From assembly GCA_016178135.1 (NCBI GenBank), contig JACOTW010000012.1:1064-65063 (forward strand): a stretch of 64,000 bases of DNA. Direction: 5' to 3'. The first letter of the stretch is position 1, and each line of letters begins with the position of its first letter. The notes beneath the pieces were generated by a model that ran no database searches, was not told the origin of the DNA, and saw only the letters and a program-made list of their open reading frames with translations. This DNA is from Candidatus Saccharimonadota bacterium. Its GTDB lineage: Bacteria > Patescibacteriota > Saccharimonadia > Saccharimonadales > JACOTW01. The translations under genes and the position numbers were made by a program. This document shows positions 48,588-58,735 of the stretch, piece by piece.

Positions 48588-48983
48588 TTAGATCCTCCGC
48601 GCTTTCTTAGGACGAACGCCACCATGCGGTATGCCAGTTACGTCCTTGATGGCTTCAACCTGAATATCTAAGCCTTGAAGTGCCCGTACAGCCGATTCGC
48701 GTCCCAGCCCAATCCCTTTAATGTATACGTCAACCTTGCTCATTCCGTGTATTTGTTTAACGGCTTGTCCGGCCTTTTCAGCTGCGATTTGGGCAGCATA
48801 GGCGGTACCCTTCTTTGATCCGCGAAAGCCACAGCCGCCAGCACTTGCCGTAGTCAAAACACCACCTTTAGTATCAGTAAAACTCACTATGGTGTTATTG
48901 AAAGTAGCAAGTATATGCACCTGACCAATTGGAACTGGCCGCTTGGCCTTCTTTTTTTTGGATACTGTAGTTGATTCTGCCAT
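48588..48983 (-). CDS. rpsK: 30S ribosomal protein S11
   Basis: ATFNNTI, DVT.IPH.G.RP. Confidence 0.97.
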   Translation of the reverse strand: MAESTTVSKKKKAKRPVPIGQVHILATFNNTIVSFTDTKGGVLTTASAGGCGFRGSKKGTAYAAQIAAEKAGQAVKQIHGMSKVDVYIKGIGLGRESAVRALQGLDIQVEAIKDVTGIPHGGVRPKKARRI

Positions 48984-48995
48984 ATTATTGATACC

Positions 48996-49382
48996 TTACG
49001 TCTTTGATGCTGATTTAGGTTGTGAACCACCAATAGCGGTTTTTTTACCGCGCTTAGTGCGAGCATTTGTACGAGTACGTTGTCCACGCACCGGTAAACT
49101 AGCTTTATGTCTGATTCCTCGGTAGCTATTAATGTCTTTGAGGCGCTTAATATTCGTGCTGACAATGCGTTGTAACTCACCCTCGACGGTATACTTTTCA
49201 TTAATTAAATCTTGGATGCGGGAAATTTCATTGTCAGTAAGATTTTTAACACGTACTGTTGGCTCAATTTTAGCTGAAGTTAGGATATCCGCACTGGATT
49301 TTGGCCCAATACCATACACATAAGTCAAGGCTACATGGACTTGCTTGCCGTCTGGAATAACTACGCCTGAAATTCTAGCCAC
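48996..49382 (-). CDS. rpsM: 30S ribosomal protein S13 (GTG start)
   Basis: ARISGV, LPVRGQRTRTNART. Confidence 0.97.
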   Translation of the reverse strand: MARISGVVIPDGKQVHVALTYVYGIGPKSSADILTSAKIEPTVRVKNLTDNEISRIQDLINEKYTVEGELQRIVSTNIKRLKDINSYRGIRHKASLPVRGQRTRTNARTKRGKKTAIGGSQPKSASKT

Positions 49383-49408
49383 GAGATACCTCTTTTCGAG
49401 AGCTTAAA

Positions 49409-49551
49409 CTGGATTTACGCAAAACCGCTCGTTTCCAAAGTGATTCAGACCGACCCAAAACAGTTTTACCTGAAGGTACATCAAAAGAATAAAAACCGTT
49501 TGTAGCCGAACTGAATCGGCCTGGGGATGAGGGAGTTTTGGGTAAGTTCAG
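49409..49551. mobile_element. Family A copy with internal deletion (143 bp)
   Basis: CTGGATTTACGCAAAA...GGTAAGTTCAG. Confidence 0.8.
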
Positions 49552-49608
49552 CATACGACTAAATCCGACCGCTGTATTAGCTGCATTATATGTTCCATGC
49601 ATAAAATA

Positions 49609-49725
49609 TTAGCCCTGCCTTTGCTTATGCTTAGGTTTGAGCTTGTTAATAACATACAAACGTCCCTTACGACGAACAATTTTGTCGTCGGGACTGATTT
49701 TTTTAATACTTGCACGCACCTTCAT
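49609..49725 (-). CDS. rpmJ: 50S ribosomal protein L36 (Cys-free)
   Basis: Manual translation [38 protein letters not shown]. Confidence 0.95.
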   Translation of the reverse strand: MKVRASIKKISPDDKIVRRKGRLYVINKLKPKHKQRQG

Positions 49726-49764
49726 GCGGATCATGCTCCTTCCAGCGATGACACACTGCTTACT

Positions 49765-49986
49765 TTATGATTTGCGATAGGTTATCCGACCCTTCGTAAG
49801 ATCGTAAGGTGTCAACTCAACCGTTACGCTATCGCCGGGTACGAGGCGAATATAATGTTTTCGCATCTTTCCCGCGACATGGGCTATGATTTGATGGCCA
49901 TTCTCGAGCTCCACACGGAACTGTGTTCCGGGCAGAGCTTCGATAATAATTCCGGTTAGTTCGATAACTTCCTTGTTTTTGACCAT
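49765..49986 (-). CDS. infA: Translation initiation factor IF-1
   Basis: [24 protein letters not shown]. Confidence 0.97.
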   Translation of the reverse strand: MVKNKEVIELTGIIIEALPGTQFRVELENGHQIIAHVAGKMRKHYIRLVPGDSVTVELTPYDLTKGRITYRKS

Positions 49987-50056
49987 ACAAATATAACGTC
50001 ATTCGAGTGTATCAGATTACACTACAGATTGCAAAGGTTTTTTTGGTGAATCATAT

Positions 50057-51562
50057 TTATTTCTTTTTTGGTGAGCGTTTTTTGAACCCTAAACGTGCTA
50101 GTACGCGCCGTCCTTTAGGTGTCTTTAGGTCTTCAGTCTCATAGAAGTAGTCAGGCTGTTCGTACTGGTCATATGTGACCATGAGAGCTCGTGATTCCAG
50201 AGATCGTAACGTCTCGAGAGCTACGGCCACCAAAATCAGTATACTGGTACCGCTAAGCGCAATATTTGAACTCAAAAATACTTGTCCTATGATCGGCAAT
50301 AAGGCCAATATACCTAAGCTAAAAGCACCGAATAAAGTTAGTCGGTTTACTACTTTGCTTAGATATTTTTCAGTTTGCGTGCCAGAACGAATATCGGCGA
50401 TGAAGCCACCTTGTTTTTGAAGATTTTCGGCGATTTCCTTAGAATTAAAAGCAATACTTGTATAGAAAAATGTAAATGCAAAGATCAGCAGGAAATATAC
50501 AACCGGATAAACATAGGGCTCGAAACCGCCCTTGGCAAATGTCTGCGCCGATGGGTTCTGGAACCATAATATCAGCTTTTCGCCGACATTTTGGAGATGG
50601 GCGCTGTTATTGCCTCGTAGTAATTGACCGACAAAACTGGGAACGCTCAAAAACGCCACAGCAAATATAATAGGTATCACGCCAGCCGTAATAAGTTTAA
50701 CGGGTAGGACAGTCGTAACGCCGCCATAAGTACGATTACCTTGTACGCGTTTGGCATAATTGATAGTTATTCTTCGGGAGGCTTCATTAAGCATAACCAC
50801 CATAACGGTTACGGCAACCGTAACTACCGCAATAATAATTGTATAGACAAGTGCAGTTTTATTAATCGGTAGTTCCCTACCTAGGACATTGAGTTTGGAC
50901 CCTTGATTTATTACTGAATTTGCTAATTCAGTAATAGTTTTTGGCAAACTACTTACAATACCAACGGTAATAACCAGCGATATTCCATTGCCAATACCCT
51001 GTTCGGTTATTAGCTCGCCAAGCCACATGAGCAACATTGAGCCTCCAGTCAACGCGGTAATCATCAGCGCCCACTGCGCCAATGAAGTATTGGCCGTAAT
51101 ATCTCCGATACCACCTATTTGAGCTGCCGATTGACGAACAAGATAAATAGCGCCAACTGATTGAACAATAGCTAGAGGAAAGGCCATCAAGCGAGTGTAT
51201 TGATTAATCTTTTTACGACCGAATTCGCCTTCTTTGTTGAGCGCTTCAAGCTGGGGTATCGCCTTGGTAAGCAACTGCATAATAATAGAGGCATTAATGT
51301 AAGGTCCTAAACCGATAAGCATAATCGAGAAATTAGCCAAAGCTCCACCCGATAGAACATCAATAAAACTTAGTAGTTGGGGTGTTTTCGTCGATGTAAA
51401 AAGATTTTCTAGAACTTGTTTGAGGGTTTCAGGGCTACTAAGTGGAATAGGTATATGGGCCAAGATTCGAAAAACTAAAAGCATTCCAACGACAGCTAAA
51501 ATACGCTTGCGCATATCACTGTTGCCGAGTGCTTTCCAGATAATCTTCCAGCTCATTTTCAA
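50057..51562 (-). CDS. secY: Preprotein translocase SecY
   Basis: PYINASII.QLL, GIGNGIS, AGVIPIIFA. Confidence 0.97.
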   Translation of the reverse strand: MKMSWKIIWKALGNSDMRKRILAVVGMLLVFRILAHIPIPLSSPETLKQVLENLFTSTKTPQLLSFIDVLSGGALANFSIMLIGLGPYINASIIMQLLTKAIPQLEALNKEGEFGRKKINQYTRLMAFPLAIVQSVGAIYLVRQSAAQIGGIGDITANTSLAQWALMITALTGGSMLLMWLGELITEQGIGNGISLVITVGIVSSLPKTITELANSVINQGSKLNVLGRELPINKTALVYTIIIAVVTVAVTVMVVMLNEASRRITINYAKRVQGNRTYGGVTTVLPVKLITAGVIPIIFAVAFLSVPSFVGQLLRGNNSAHLQNVGEKLILWFQNPSAQTFAKGGFEPYVYPVVYFLLIFAFTFFYTSIAFNSKEIAENLQKQGGFIADIRSGTQTEKYLSKVVNRLTLFGAFSLGILALLPIIGQVFLSSNIALSGTSILILVAVALETLRSLESRALMVTYDQYEQPDYFYETEDLKTPKGRRVLARLGFKKRSPKKK

Positions 51563-51608
51563 CTACCCCCTGATATTTATACCTAACAATAGGCCTGTTT
51601 ATACAAAC

Positions 51609-52070
51609 TTAAGCCTTTTCAGTGGCTTTTTCTCGTCCGATACGAGGTACAGCCTGAAAATTACCACCAGCTTTCTGAATTGCAATTACAGCATTTTTGC
51701 TTGCCGCTTGCAATTTAACATCAGTTTTTTTTGTCACGTTACCCTTAACGACTAGCTTAACCTTAACATACGGACTAGATACTAAGCCTGCTTTTGTAAG
51801 GGTAAAATTATCTACTTGGGATCCGATGTTATTGATCTGTCCGGTATATACAACTTCAGCTTTTGGGCGAATACTACGAAATCCTCGAAGTTTTGGCAGA
51901 CGTTGCATAAGAGGATTTTGTCCACCCTCAAATCCAGGTCTAGTACCGCTACCGCGAGCATTTTGACCTTTCGTACCACGTCCAGCTGTTTTACCCTGTC
52001 CGGCAGCAATACCGCGACCAACTCTTTTGGCTGAACGATTAGAAGTGGTTTTTAATTCGTGATACTTCAT
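51609..52070 (-). CDS. rplO: 50S ribosomal protein L15
   Basis: GRG...G.GKT.GRG.KGQ, FEGGQ. Confidence 0.97.
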   Translation of the reverse strand: MKYHELKTTSNRSAKRVGRGIAAGQGKTAGRGTKGQNARGSGTRPGFEGGQNPLMQRLPKLRGFRSIRPKAEVVYTGQINNIGSQVDNFTLTKAGLVSSPYVKVKLVVKGNVTKKTDVKLQAASKNAVIAIQKAGGNFQAVPRIGREKATEKA

Positions 52071-52636
52071 TTTAAGACCTCTGATTTAGCTGACGATTTT
52101 TTTGTAGATTTAGCGCTGACAGCCGCTGCTGGCCTGCTGACTTTTTGCCTAGTAACCCAATTTTTTGCCGGCTCAATACTCTTTAATGCTTCAACTGTTG
52201 CGTAAGCAGTGTTGATTTTGTTAGTTGAACCGAACGATTTACTAAGGGCATTACCGATACCAGCAACCTCCAAAACGGTGCGCACTACACCGCCAGCGAT
52301 TAAACCCGTACCGGGACTCGCTGGTTTAACTAAGATGTGGGCGCCACTAACCTTGGCTTCAGCCTCATGCGGAACAGTACCCTTATATACGTTGATGGTG
52401 GTTATATTTTTCTTGGCAATTTCTACTGCCTTTGTTACGGCCGAAGTAACATCGGCACCTTTGGCGGTACCTATACCAACTCGATTTTTGTGGTCACCAA
52501 TAACTACTAGTGCACGGAAACGGAAACGACGGCCACCCTTGACGACGCGTGCCACGCGATCAATATGAACTACGCGTTCATCAAGTTGTTTTTCTTCTGG
52601 CTCTATTCTTGGCCGGCTTCGCTGATGATCTGCCAT
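52067..52636 (-). CDS. rpsE: 30S ribosomal protein S5
   Basis: RV..VVKGGR.F.F.ALVV.GD. Confidence 0.97.
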   Translation of the reverse strand: MADHQRSRPRIEPEEKQLDERVVHIDRVARVVKGGRRFRFRALVVIGDHKNRVGIGTAKGADVTSAVTKAVEIAKKNITTINVYKGTVPHEAEAKVSGAHILVKPASPGTGLIAGGVVRTVLEVAGIGNALSKSFGSTNKINTAYATVEALKSIEPAKNWVTRQKVSRPAAAVSAKSTKKSSAKSEVLK

Positions 52637-52637
52637 A

Positions 52638-52991
52638 TTAAAACTCCAATCCTGCTTCACGCGCTGCGTTAGCCAGAGCCTTTACGCGTCCATGATATAG
52701 TTTGCTACCCCTATCAAAGACAACTTTATTAATCTTAGCAGTTGCTGCCTTTTTGGCAATAGCGCTACCGATTGCCGTAGCTTTTTCTGTCATACTTCCG
52801 TTAATTTTACTACCAATAGTCGTACTATAAGCCAACGTTACATGCTTTGTGTCATCAATAATTTGGGCCGTAATGTGTCGATTACTGACAAAAACACTCA
52901 ATCGTGGTCGTTCAGTAGTACCAGAAACTACGGCACGGACACGATGTTTACGACGCGTAATGTTATTTAATTTTTGGGTAATTCTATTCAT
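52638..52991 (-). CDS. rplR: 50S ribosomal protein L18
   Basis: RPRLSV, VFDRG...YHGRV. Confidence 0.97.
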   Translation of the reverse strand: MNRITQKLNNITRRKHRVRAVVSGTTERPRLSVFVSNRHITAQIIDDTKHVTLAYSTTIGSKINGSMTEKATAIGSAIAKKAATAKINKVVFDRGSKLYHGRVKALANAAREAGLEF

Positions 52992-52993
52992 AA

Positions 52994-53533
52994 TTATTTA
53001 TCCTTACCTGACTTACCACTCTTACGAATTATTCGTTCGCCAACATATTTTATGCCTTTACCTTTATAAGGTTCAGGTTTTTTTAATGCTCGGATTTCGG
53101 CAGCAACTTGTCCTACCTGTTGCTTATTTATACCAGTTATAGTAATGATGTTCTGCTCTACCAAAGCCCCAACATCATCAGGAATCTTGTATATAACATC
53201 GTGAGAAAAACCAAGATTAAGCTTAAGGTTAGTGCCTGCCGGAGCTACACGATAACCAACTCCGTTTAGTTCAAGCTGCTTAGAAAAACCAGATGAAACA
53301 CCGACCACCATATTATCAACAAGCGAACGCATCAACCCATGTTTGGATCGTGTAACCGGTTCGTCATTGGCGCGTGTTACAAGGAGTTGATCACCATCCT
53401 GTTTGACTGTAATGTCAGGCATAGTAAATTGTACCAAACTACCCTTGGGGCCTGTAACTGTAATATTTTCTGGATCAACAGTAACTGTCACGCCGGTCGG
53501 TAGGGTGATCGGCTGTTTTCCTATACGACTCAT
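52994..53533 (-). CDS. rplF: 50S ribosomal protein L6
   Basis: MSRIGK.P, PEPYKGKGI. Confidence 0.97.
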   Translation of the reverse strand: MSRIGKQPITLPTGVTVTVDPENITVTGPKGSLVQFTMPDITVKQDGDQLLVTRANDEPVTRSKHGLMRSLVDNMVVGVSSGFSKQLELNGVGYRVAPAGTNLKLNLGFSHDVIYKIPDDVGALVEQNIITITGINKQQVGQVAAEIRALKKPEPYKGKGIKYVGERIIRKSGKSGKDK

Positions 53534-53575
53534 AACAAGAAACCTCCGATTGCGGTAGTAATTTGTAGATATAAA

Positions 53576-53733
53576 CTGGACTTACGCAAAATCGCCCGTT
53601 CCCAGGCTAAATCAGCTCGAGTTGGGAGTGGTTTGACTGAAGGAGAGGTAGCCATAGCTACATCGAGAGAAGACAAACCGCTATCAGCCGAGATGAATTG
53701 GTCTGGGGATGGGGGAGCTTTGCGTAAGTCGAG
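53576..53733. mobile_element. Family A MITE between rpsH and rplF
   Basis: TIRs; TAAA on both flanks. Confidence 0.9.
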
Positions 53734-53811
53734 TAAAGTATTATCACAAGCCTCCATAAGACCTGTCCTAACCATTCTATATTCTACGTTATATGTTGCT
53801 TTACTCATCTT

Positions 53812-54201
53812 TTAGTATACCTTGCATATTAATTCACCACCAATACTCTGTTTTTTAGCTTGATCGCCAGTCATGAGTCCTTTGGATGTTGAAACAATTA
53901 CCATGCCACGTCCGCGTTTAACGACCGGAATTTCAGTAGCACCAACGTAATGCCTGCGACCAGGGCTACTTAATCGAGCAATCTCAGTAATTTTAGAATT
54001 GGTGTCAGCTGAATTGATTACAATACGTAGCGTTTTGCCAACAACGGCATCTTCAACGAACACGCCATTAATAAAACCATTATCTTTCAATAAGCGAGCT
54101 ACCGCTTCCTTTAACTTGGAGTGGGGTAATTGTATTTCGTTTTTGCGAACGGCAATCGCGTTACGGATACGTGACAACATATCAGCTATAGGATCAGTCA
54201 T
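53812..54201 (-). CDS. rpsH: 30S ribosomal protein S8
   Basis: DPIADML.RIRN, S.PGRR.Y, STSKG. Confidence 0.97.
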   Translation of the reverse strand: MTDPIADMLSRIRNAIAVRKNEIQLPHSKLKEAVARLLKDNGFINGVFVEDAVVGKTLRIVINSADTNSKITEIARLSSPGRRHYVGATEIPVVKRGRGMVIVSTSKGLMTGDQAKKQSIGGELICKVY

Positions 54202-54322
54202 GGGCAACCTCCATTTGCGGCACCATAGGATCACTGCTATTACACATTATACCAATAATCCGTAAACAGTCATCGACGGTTGTTATCTTTAAAATTTCAA
54301 GATTTATATACATATCTTCTCC

Positions 54323-54592
54323 TTACCAGCTCGCCTTTGTTACACCAGGTATTTCGCCCTTACTGGCGTGCTCGCGAAATGCCAAACGACTCAAGCCAAA
54401 TTGACGCATATATCCACGAGGACGTCCGCTTTCTATGCAACGATTCTTCTGTCTAGTAGGTGACGAATTGCGTGGCAAGTAGTACAAGCCTTCGCGATCA
54501 CCCATAGATTTAAATTCAGCACGTTTGACCGCGTATTTATCAATCATTTTGGCGCGTTTTAGGTCGCGCGCGATACTGGATTTCTTAGCCAC
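54323..54592 (-). CDS. rpsN: 30S ribosomal protein S14 (long, non-zinc type; GTG start)
   Basis: PRNSSP.R..NRC...GRPRG, PGV.KASW. Confidence 0.95.
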   Translation of the reverse strand: MAKKSSIARDLKRAKMIDKYAVKRAEFKSMGDREGLYYLPRNSSPTRQKNRCIESGRPRGYMRQFGLSRLAFREHASKGEIPGVTKASW

Positions 54593-54736
54593 GAGAAGCC
54601 TCTTTTCGGAAGCCTAAAAACTCTTCGGAACCTTGGGCGGTCAGTTGTAGCAATACGAGGTTCGTACAATGCATAACGACTGACTTCAATAAGGTCGTAT
54701 CATTCGTTGCGTGTTCTATGCTATATGTTCTACGCA

Positions 54737-55339
54737 TTATTTCTTCTCCTTTTCAAATAATTTACTCTGGTTTTTTTCAAAAGGCATACCAAGTTTCTCT
54801 AGCAACGCTCTACTATGAGACGGTTCAACGGCGTTAATGACGATTATGATCTGTAGGCCGTGAGATGTTGTGGTTTCCTCAAAAGTTAATTCTGGAAAAA
54901 CTGATTGATCAACAATGCCGATACTATAATTACCTTGCGCGTCAAAAGCCTTGGCGCTTACACCGTGAAAATCGCGCAGTCGCGGTAATACTAGACTAAT
55001 GAAACGATCAAGAAACTCGTACATACGATCTCCGCGCAATGTTACTTTGAGACCGATTTTATTGCCTTCACGCAACTTAAAACCGGCGATAGAGTTCTTG
55101 GCGATTGTTCCAATGGGCTGAAGGCCAGTTATCTTACGTAAAGTATTTTCGGCGGTCTCCATCATCTTCTTGTCGTCCTTGGTGCGTCCCAAACCAACAT
55201 TCAGGACAACCTTCTCAATACTAGGTACTTGATGACGGTTCTTTAGTTTTAGTTCTTTATGTAGCTCTGCGACAAGTTGCTGATTGTACAGCGACTTTAA
55301 GCGTACAGTTGTAATGCTGGGATTTTTAGTTGCAACCAT
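54737..55339 (-). CDS. rplE: 50S ribosomal protein L5
   Basis: SIAGFKLREG, LPR.RDF.G. Confidence 0.97.
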   Translation of the reverse strand: MVATKNPSITTVRLKSLYNQQLVAELHKELKLKNRHQVPSIEKVVLNVGLGRTKDDKKMMETAENTLRKITGLQPIGTIAKNSIAGFKLREGNKIGLKVTLRGDRMYEFLDRFISLVLPRLRDFHGVSAKAFDAQGNYSIGIVDQSVFPELTFEETTTSHGLQIIIVINAVEPSHSRALLEKLGMPFEKNQSKLFEKEKK

Positions 55340-55391
55340 TACTTTATACTCCTGGATTGTTGGCATGTGTTAGTGAGTTTCATGTGGTAGT

Positions 55392-55757
55392 TCATTTTTC
55401 TGACCTCTTTTCAGAAACTTTTGGTAAATGAATTTCCTTACCGCTCTTCTTGAAGATTCGTGTTTTATTGCCGTCTTTGTCGATCTTGTAGCCAATACGA
55501 TCAGGTTGATTATTTGCTGGATCGGCAATTCCTACCTTACTTACCCAAATAGGTTTGGTAATTTCGACAATCGCGCCCTGCGGATTTGAACGATTGGGCT
55601 TAACGTGCTTCTTGACAATATTAATGCCCTCCACAGTTACCTTATTAAGGCTAGGATGAGTAGCTGTGATTTTACCGCTCTTACCTTTATATTTACCGGA
55701 GCGAACAATAACTAAGTCATCTTTTTTGAGGCGAATTTTATATACGGATTTATTCAT
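55392..55757 (-). CDS. rplX: 50S ribosomal protein L24
   Basis: KOW motif, VEG.N..KKH.KP. Confidence 0.95.
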   Translation of the reverse strand: MNKSVYKIRLKKDDLVIVRSGKYKGKSGKITATHPSLNKVTVEGINIVKKHVKPNRSNPQGAIVEITKPIWVSKVGIADPANNQPDRIGYKIDKDGNKTRIFKKSGKEIHLPKVSEKRSEK

Positions 55758-56125
55758 TACAGAACCTCCGGTGCTAAGCTAATAATTTTACTATAGCCTA
55801 GGTCGCGAAGCTCGCGGGGAACAGGGCCAAAGATACGAGTTGCTTTTGGAAGCTTATCATCGCCAATAATCACCGCTGCATTATCATCGAAACGAATAGT
55901 TGAGCCATCTTTACGACGTATGGTGTCGCGAGTACGCACAACAACTGCCCTTACAACAGACTTTTTCTTCACGTTACCGCTAGGATTTGCTTGCTTAACC
56001 GTGGCAGTGATTATGTCGCCAACGCGAGCATAGCGTCGTCGTGTCCCACCGAGCACACGAATACACAAAATCTCCTTAGCACCGCTATTATCACAAATAG
56101 TTAGCCTGGATTCTTGTTGTATCAT
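55757..56125 (-). CDS. rplN: 50S ribosomal protein L14
   Basis: DNSGAK, FDDNAAV, SLAPEVL. Confidence 0.97.
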   Translation of the reverse strand: MIQQESRLTICDNSGAKEILCIRVLGGTRRRYARVGDIITATVKQANPSGNVKKKSVVRAVVVRTRDTIRRKDGSTIRFDDNAAVIIGDDKLPKATRIFGPVPRELRDLGYSKIISLAPEVL

Positions 56126-56168
56126 AGCAATATTCCTTTCATAGTAAGTCGTGAGTCTGGTAATTGGT

Positions 56169-56477
56169 TCATTTCTTGGCCTTTTTTGCCGGTTCCGGCA
56201 TTAGGGTATTATTGGATTCTGGCTCTTCGTGACGAATCAAAGCTGGTTCAATTATTTCGGTCAATACGAAGCGTTTTCGAGCACTTAGCGGACGAGTTTC
56301 TTCTATGGAAACCTTGTCACCTATTTTGGCTTCATTAACTTCGTCATGAACCATAAACTTACGATTAACCGTATATCGTTTGCGGTAAAGCGGATGCGTC
56401 TTGCTTCTTTGCACAGTAACTACGATGGTTTTATTGGGCTTGTCAGACGAAACAATACCTACGAATGTTTTAGCCAT
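56169..56477 (-). CDS. rpsQ: 30S ribosomal protein S17
   Basis: HPLY.K, HDE, ETRPLS. Confidence 0.95.
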   Translation of the reverse strand: MAKTFVGIVSSDKPNKTIVVTVQRSKTHPLYRKRYTVNRKFMVHDEVNEAKIGDKVSIEETRPLSARKRFVLTEIIEPALIRHEEPESNNTLMPEPAKKAKK

Positions 56478-56677
56478 TACACGTTCTCCTTTGTGAACTG
56501 CTCACCGAGCACAGTCAGTATACGAGCAAGGTCTTTGCGTTTTTCACGCAACACCTTAACGTTCTGTACTTCGCCCATATGCAGTCGTCTTTTAAGTTCA
56601 GCTATCTCTTCGCGGAGCTTAGTACTCTCTATAGTAAGCTCTGTGGTTGGAAATTTACGTATTTCTGCGATTTTCAT
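56477..56677 (-). CDS. rpmC: 50S ribosomal protein L29
   Basis: RK.LARI.T; operon position. Confidence 0.9.
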   Translation of the reverse strand: MKIAEIRKFPTTELTIESTKLREEIAELKRRLHMGEVQNVKVLREKRKDLARILTVLGEQFTKENV

Positions 56678-56770
56678 AAATTCACTCCATTCACGATAAC
56701 GTGTCCACGTATCATATAATCGACAGTCGCAAAATATTTCCTGACCGTCATACATTCAGCGGTACGCATC

Positions 56771-57184
56771 TTAGGCATCTTCCTTTACTAAAAATTTGGT
56801 TTTAACCGGTAGTTTGTGGGCCGCTAATCGCATGGCTTCCCGTGCGACATCTTCACTTACTCCTTGCATCTCAAATAAGACCGTACCGGGTTTCACTTTC
56901 GCTACAAAAAACTCTGGATTACCTTTACCGCTACCCATCTTAACATCTTGGGGTTTGCGGGAAACTGGAGTATGCGGGAAGATTCGAATCCAGATTTTAC
57001 CGCCACGTTTTACGTAGCGAGTCATAGCCTGACGGGCAGATTCTATTTGTCTAGAAGTAATTCTTTCACCACCCTGTGATTGGAGCGCATACGAACCAAA
57101 AGCAATTTCATTGCCAGTAGTCGCAACACCACGTATTTTACCTTTGCGTACCTTGCGGTATTTGGTTCGTTTGGGCATCAACAT
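56771..57184 (-). CDS. rplP: 50S ribosomal protein L16
   Basis: WIRIFP, MGSGKG, KLP.KT. Confidence 0.97.
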   Translation of the reverse strand: MLMPKRTKYRKVRKGKIRGVATTGNEIAFGSYALQSQGGERITSRQIESARQAMTRYVKRGGKIWIRIFPHTPVSRKPQDVKMGSGKGNPEFFVAKVKPGTVLFEMQGVSEDVAREAMRLAAHKLPVKTKFLVKEDA

Positions 57185-57185
57185 C

Positions 57186-57818
57186 TTAAGCAACCTCGCC
57201 TTTATAAATCCAGACCTTAACGCCAATCAATCCAGCGCCAGGATATTTTGCTGTTGCACTATAAAAATCAATATCAGCCCGAACTGTATGTAACGGAACA
57301 CTTCCCTGAACTTCTTTTTCGCGGCGCGACATCTCCGCGCCATTTAATCGACCAGCGATTTCGATACGTACACCCTTTGCGCCGGCGCGCATAGTAGCAG
57401 CTGCTCCGGCTTTCATGGCTCGACGAAAAGAAATACGGCGTTCAATTTGATGGGCAATGTTTTCGGCAACTAATTTGGCATAAAGCTCTGGCTTTTTAAG
57501 TTCCTCAATGTTCACGCGAACTGGTACAGCGTAAATCTTTTCAAAGGCTACTTTTAGTTCCTGTGCGCCACTTCCGCCTCGACCAATAACCACGCCAGCC
57601 TTCGCTGTGCTGATAGTTATAGATACCAAGTTAGGGGATCGTTCAATATCAACCTTATTAATAGCTGCACGGCTGCCAAGCTTATTCTGTATTAGGCGTC
57701 GTACGGCAAGGTCTTGCGTCAAAAATTGAGCATAATTACGCTTATTGGCAAACCACTTACTACGCCAGTCTTTGTTAAGCTGTAGTCGCATTGAGATTGG
57801 ATTTACTTTTTGTCCCAT
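57186..57818 (-). CDS. rpsC: 30S ribosomal protein S3
   Basis: MGQKVNP, GRLNGAE, GVKVWI. Confidence 0.97.
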   Translation of the reverse strand: MGQKVNPISMRLQLNKDWRSKWFANKRNYAQFLTQDLAVRRLIQNKLGSRAAINKVDIERSPNLVSITISTAKAGVVIGRGGSGAQELKVAFEKIYAVPVRVNIEELKKPELYAKLVAENIAHQIERRISFRRAMKAGAAATMRAGAKGVRIEIAGRLNGAEMSRREKEVQGSVPLHTVRADIDFYSATAKYPGAGLIGVKVWIYKGEVA

Positions 57819-57848
57819 TATACGATTCCCCTAGAATTATTGAATAGA

Positions 57849-57991
57849 CTTGACTTACGCAAAATCGCTCGTTCCCAAGGCGAATTAGCTCGAGCGAAAA
57901 TAGTTTTGTCTGAAGATACATCGAGATATGAAAAACTGTTTGCAAGCGAGGTTATTCGGTCTTCGGATAGGACAACTTTGTATGAGTCCAG
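57849..57991. mobile_element. Family A copy with internal deletion (143 bp) between rplV and rpsC
   Basis: Eroded TIRs; TAGA on both flanks. Confidence 0.85.
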
Positions 57992-58077
57992 TAGAGGCCT
58001 ATGGGATAGCCCCCAGCGAATTACCAGATACGAAGACCTGTTATCTATTACCTGTAATCTGTAATCTGATAATTTCA

Positions 58078-58452
58078 TTATTTTGTCTCCTTGGCGACAA
58101 TAGGTTTTTTGGGTGTGCGCATTTCGCCGTCAACAATTACGCGAATATGAGCGCTACGACGCTGAAACGGCAGGGCGCGGCCTTGGGCTGCTGGACGAAA
58201 ACGCTTCAAACTTGGACCAGGTGTAACTTCTATAGAAACAATTTGTAATGTTTCGATCTTAAAATTATGATTATGATCAGCGTTTGCCCGAACACTTTCA
58301 ATAACCTTTTTTACTGGCAAAGCGGCACGGCGCGGAGTATGTTCAAGAATCGTTATCGCATCAGCTACACTACGGCCACGAACAAGTGAAGCTACAATTC
58401 CAAGCTTACGCGGACTCATACGAACACCTTTAGCAACAGCCTTAACTGGCAT
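58078..58452 (-). CDS. rplV: 50S ribosomal protein L22
   Basis: SPRK, GP.LKR..P.A.GRA. Confidence 0.95.
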   Translation of the reverse strand: MPVKAVAKGVRMSPRKLGIVASLVRGRSVADAITILEHTPRRAALPVKKVIESVRANADHNHNFKIETLQIVSIEVTPGPSLKRFRPAAQGRALPFQRRSAHIRVIVDGEMRTPKKPIVAKETK

Positions 58453-58453
58453 A

Positions 58454-58729
58454 TTACTTACCGCCCTTTGCTAATTTACCACCATGTTTGCGGAATTTAC
58501 GGGTAGGGCTAAACTCGCCTAACTTATGACCAACCATATTTTCAGTTACAAATACGGGTACATGAACTTTGCCATTATGTACAGCTATAGTTCGTCCGAC
58601 AAATTCTGGTGAAATAGTTGAAGCACGCGCCCAAGTCTTGATTATGGTGCGGTCTTCACTGCCCAGTGCACTTACCTTTTTGGCAAGTTTTGGATCTATA
58701 AATGGTCCTTTTTTTAGCGATCGCGACAT
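58454..58729 (-). CDS. rpsS: 30S ribosomal protein S19
   Basis: [19 protein letters not shown]. Confidence 0.97.
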   Translation of the reverse strand: MSRSLKKGPFIDPKLAKKVSALGSEDRTIIKTWARASTISPEFVGRTIAVHNGKVHVPVFVTENMVGHKLGEFSPTRKFRKHGGKLAKGGK

Positions 58730-58735
58730 AATTTA

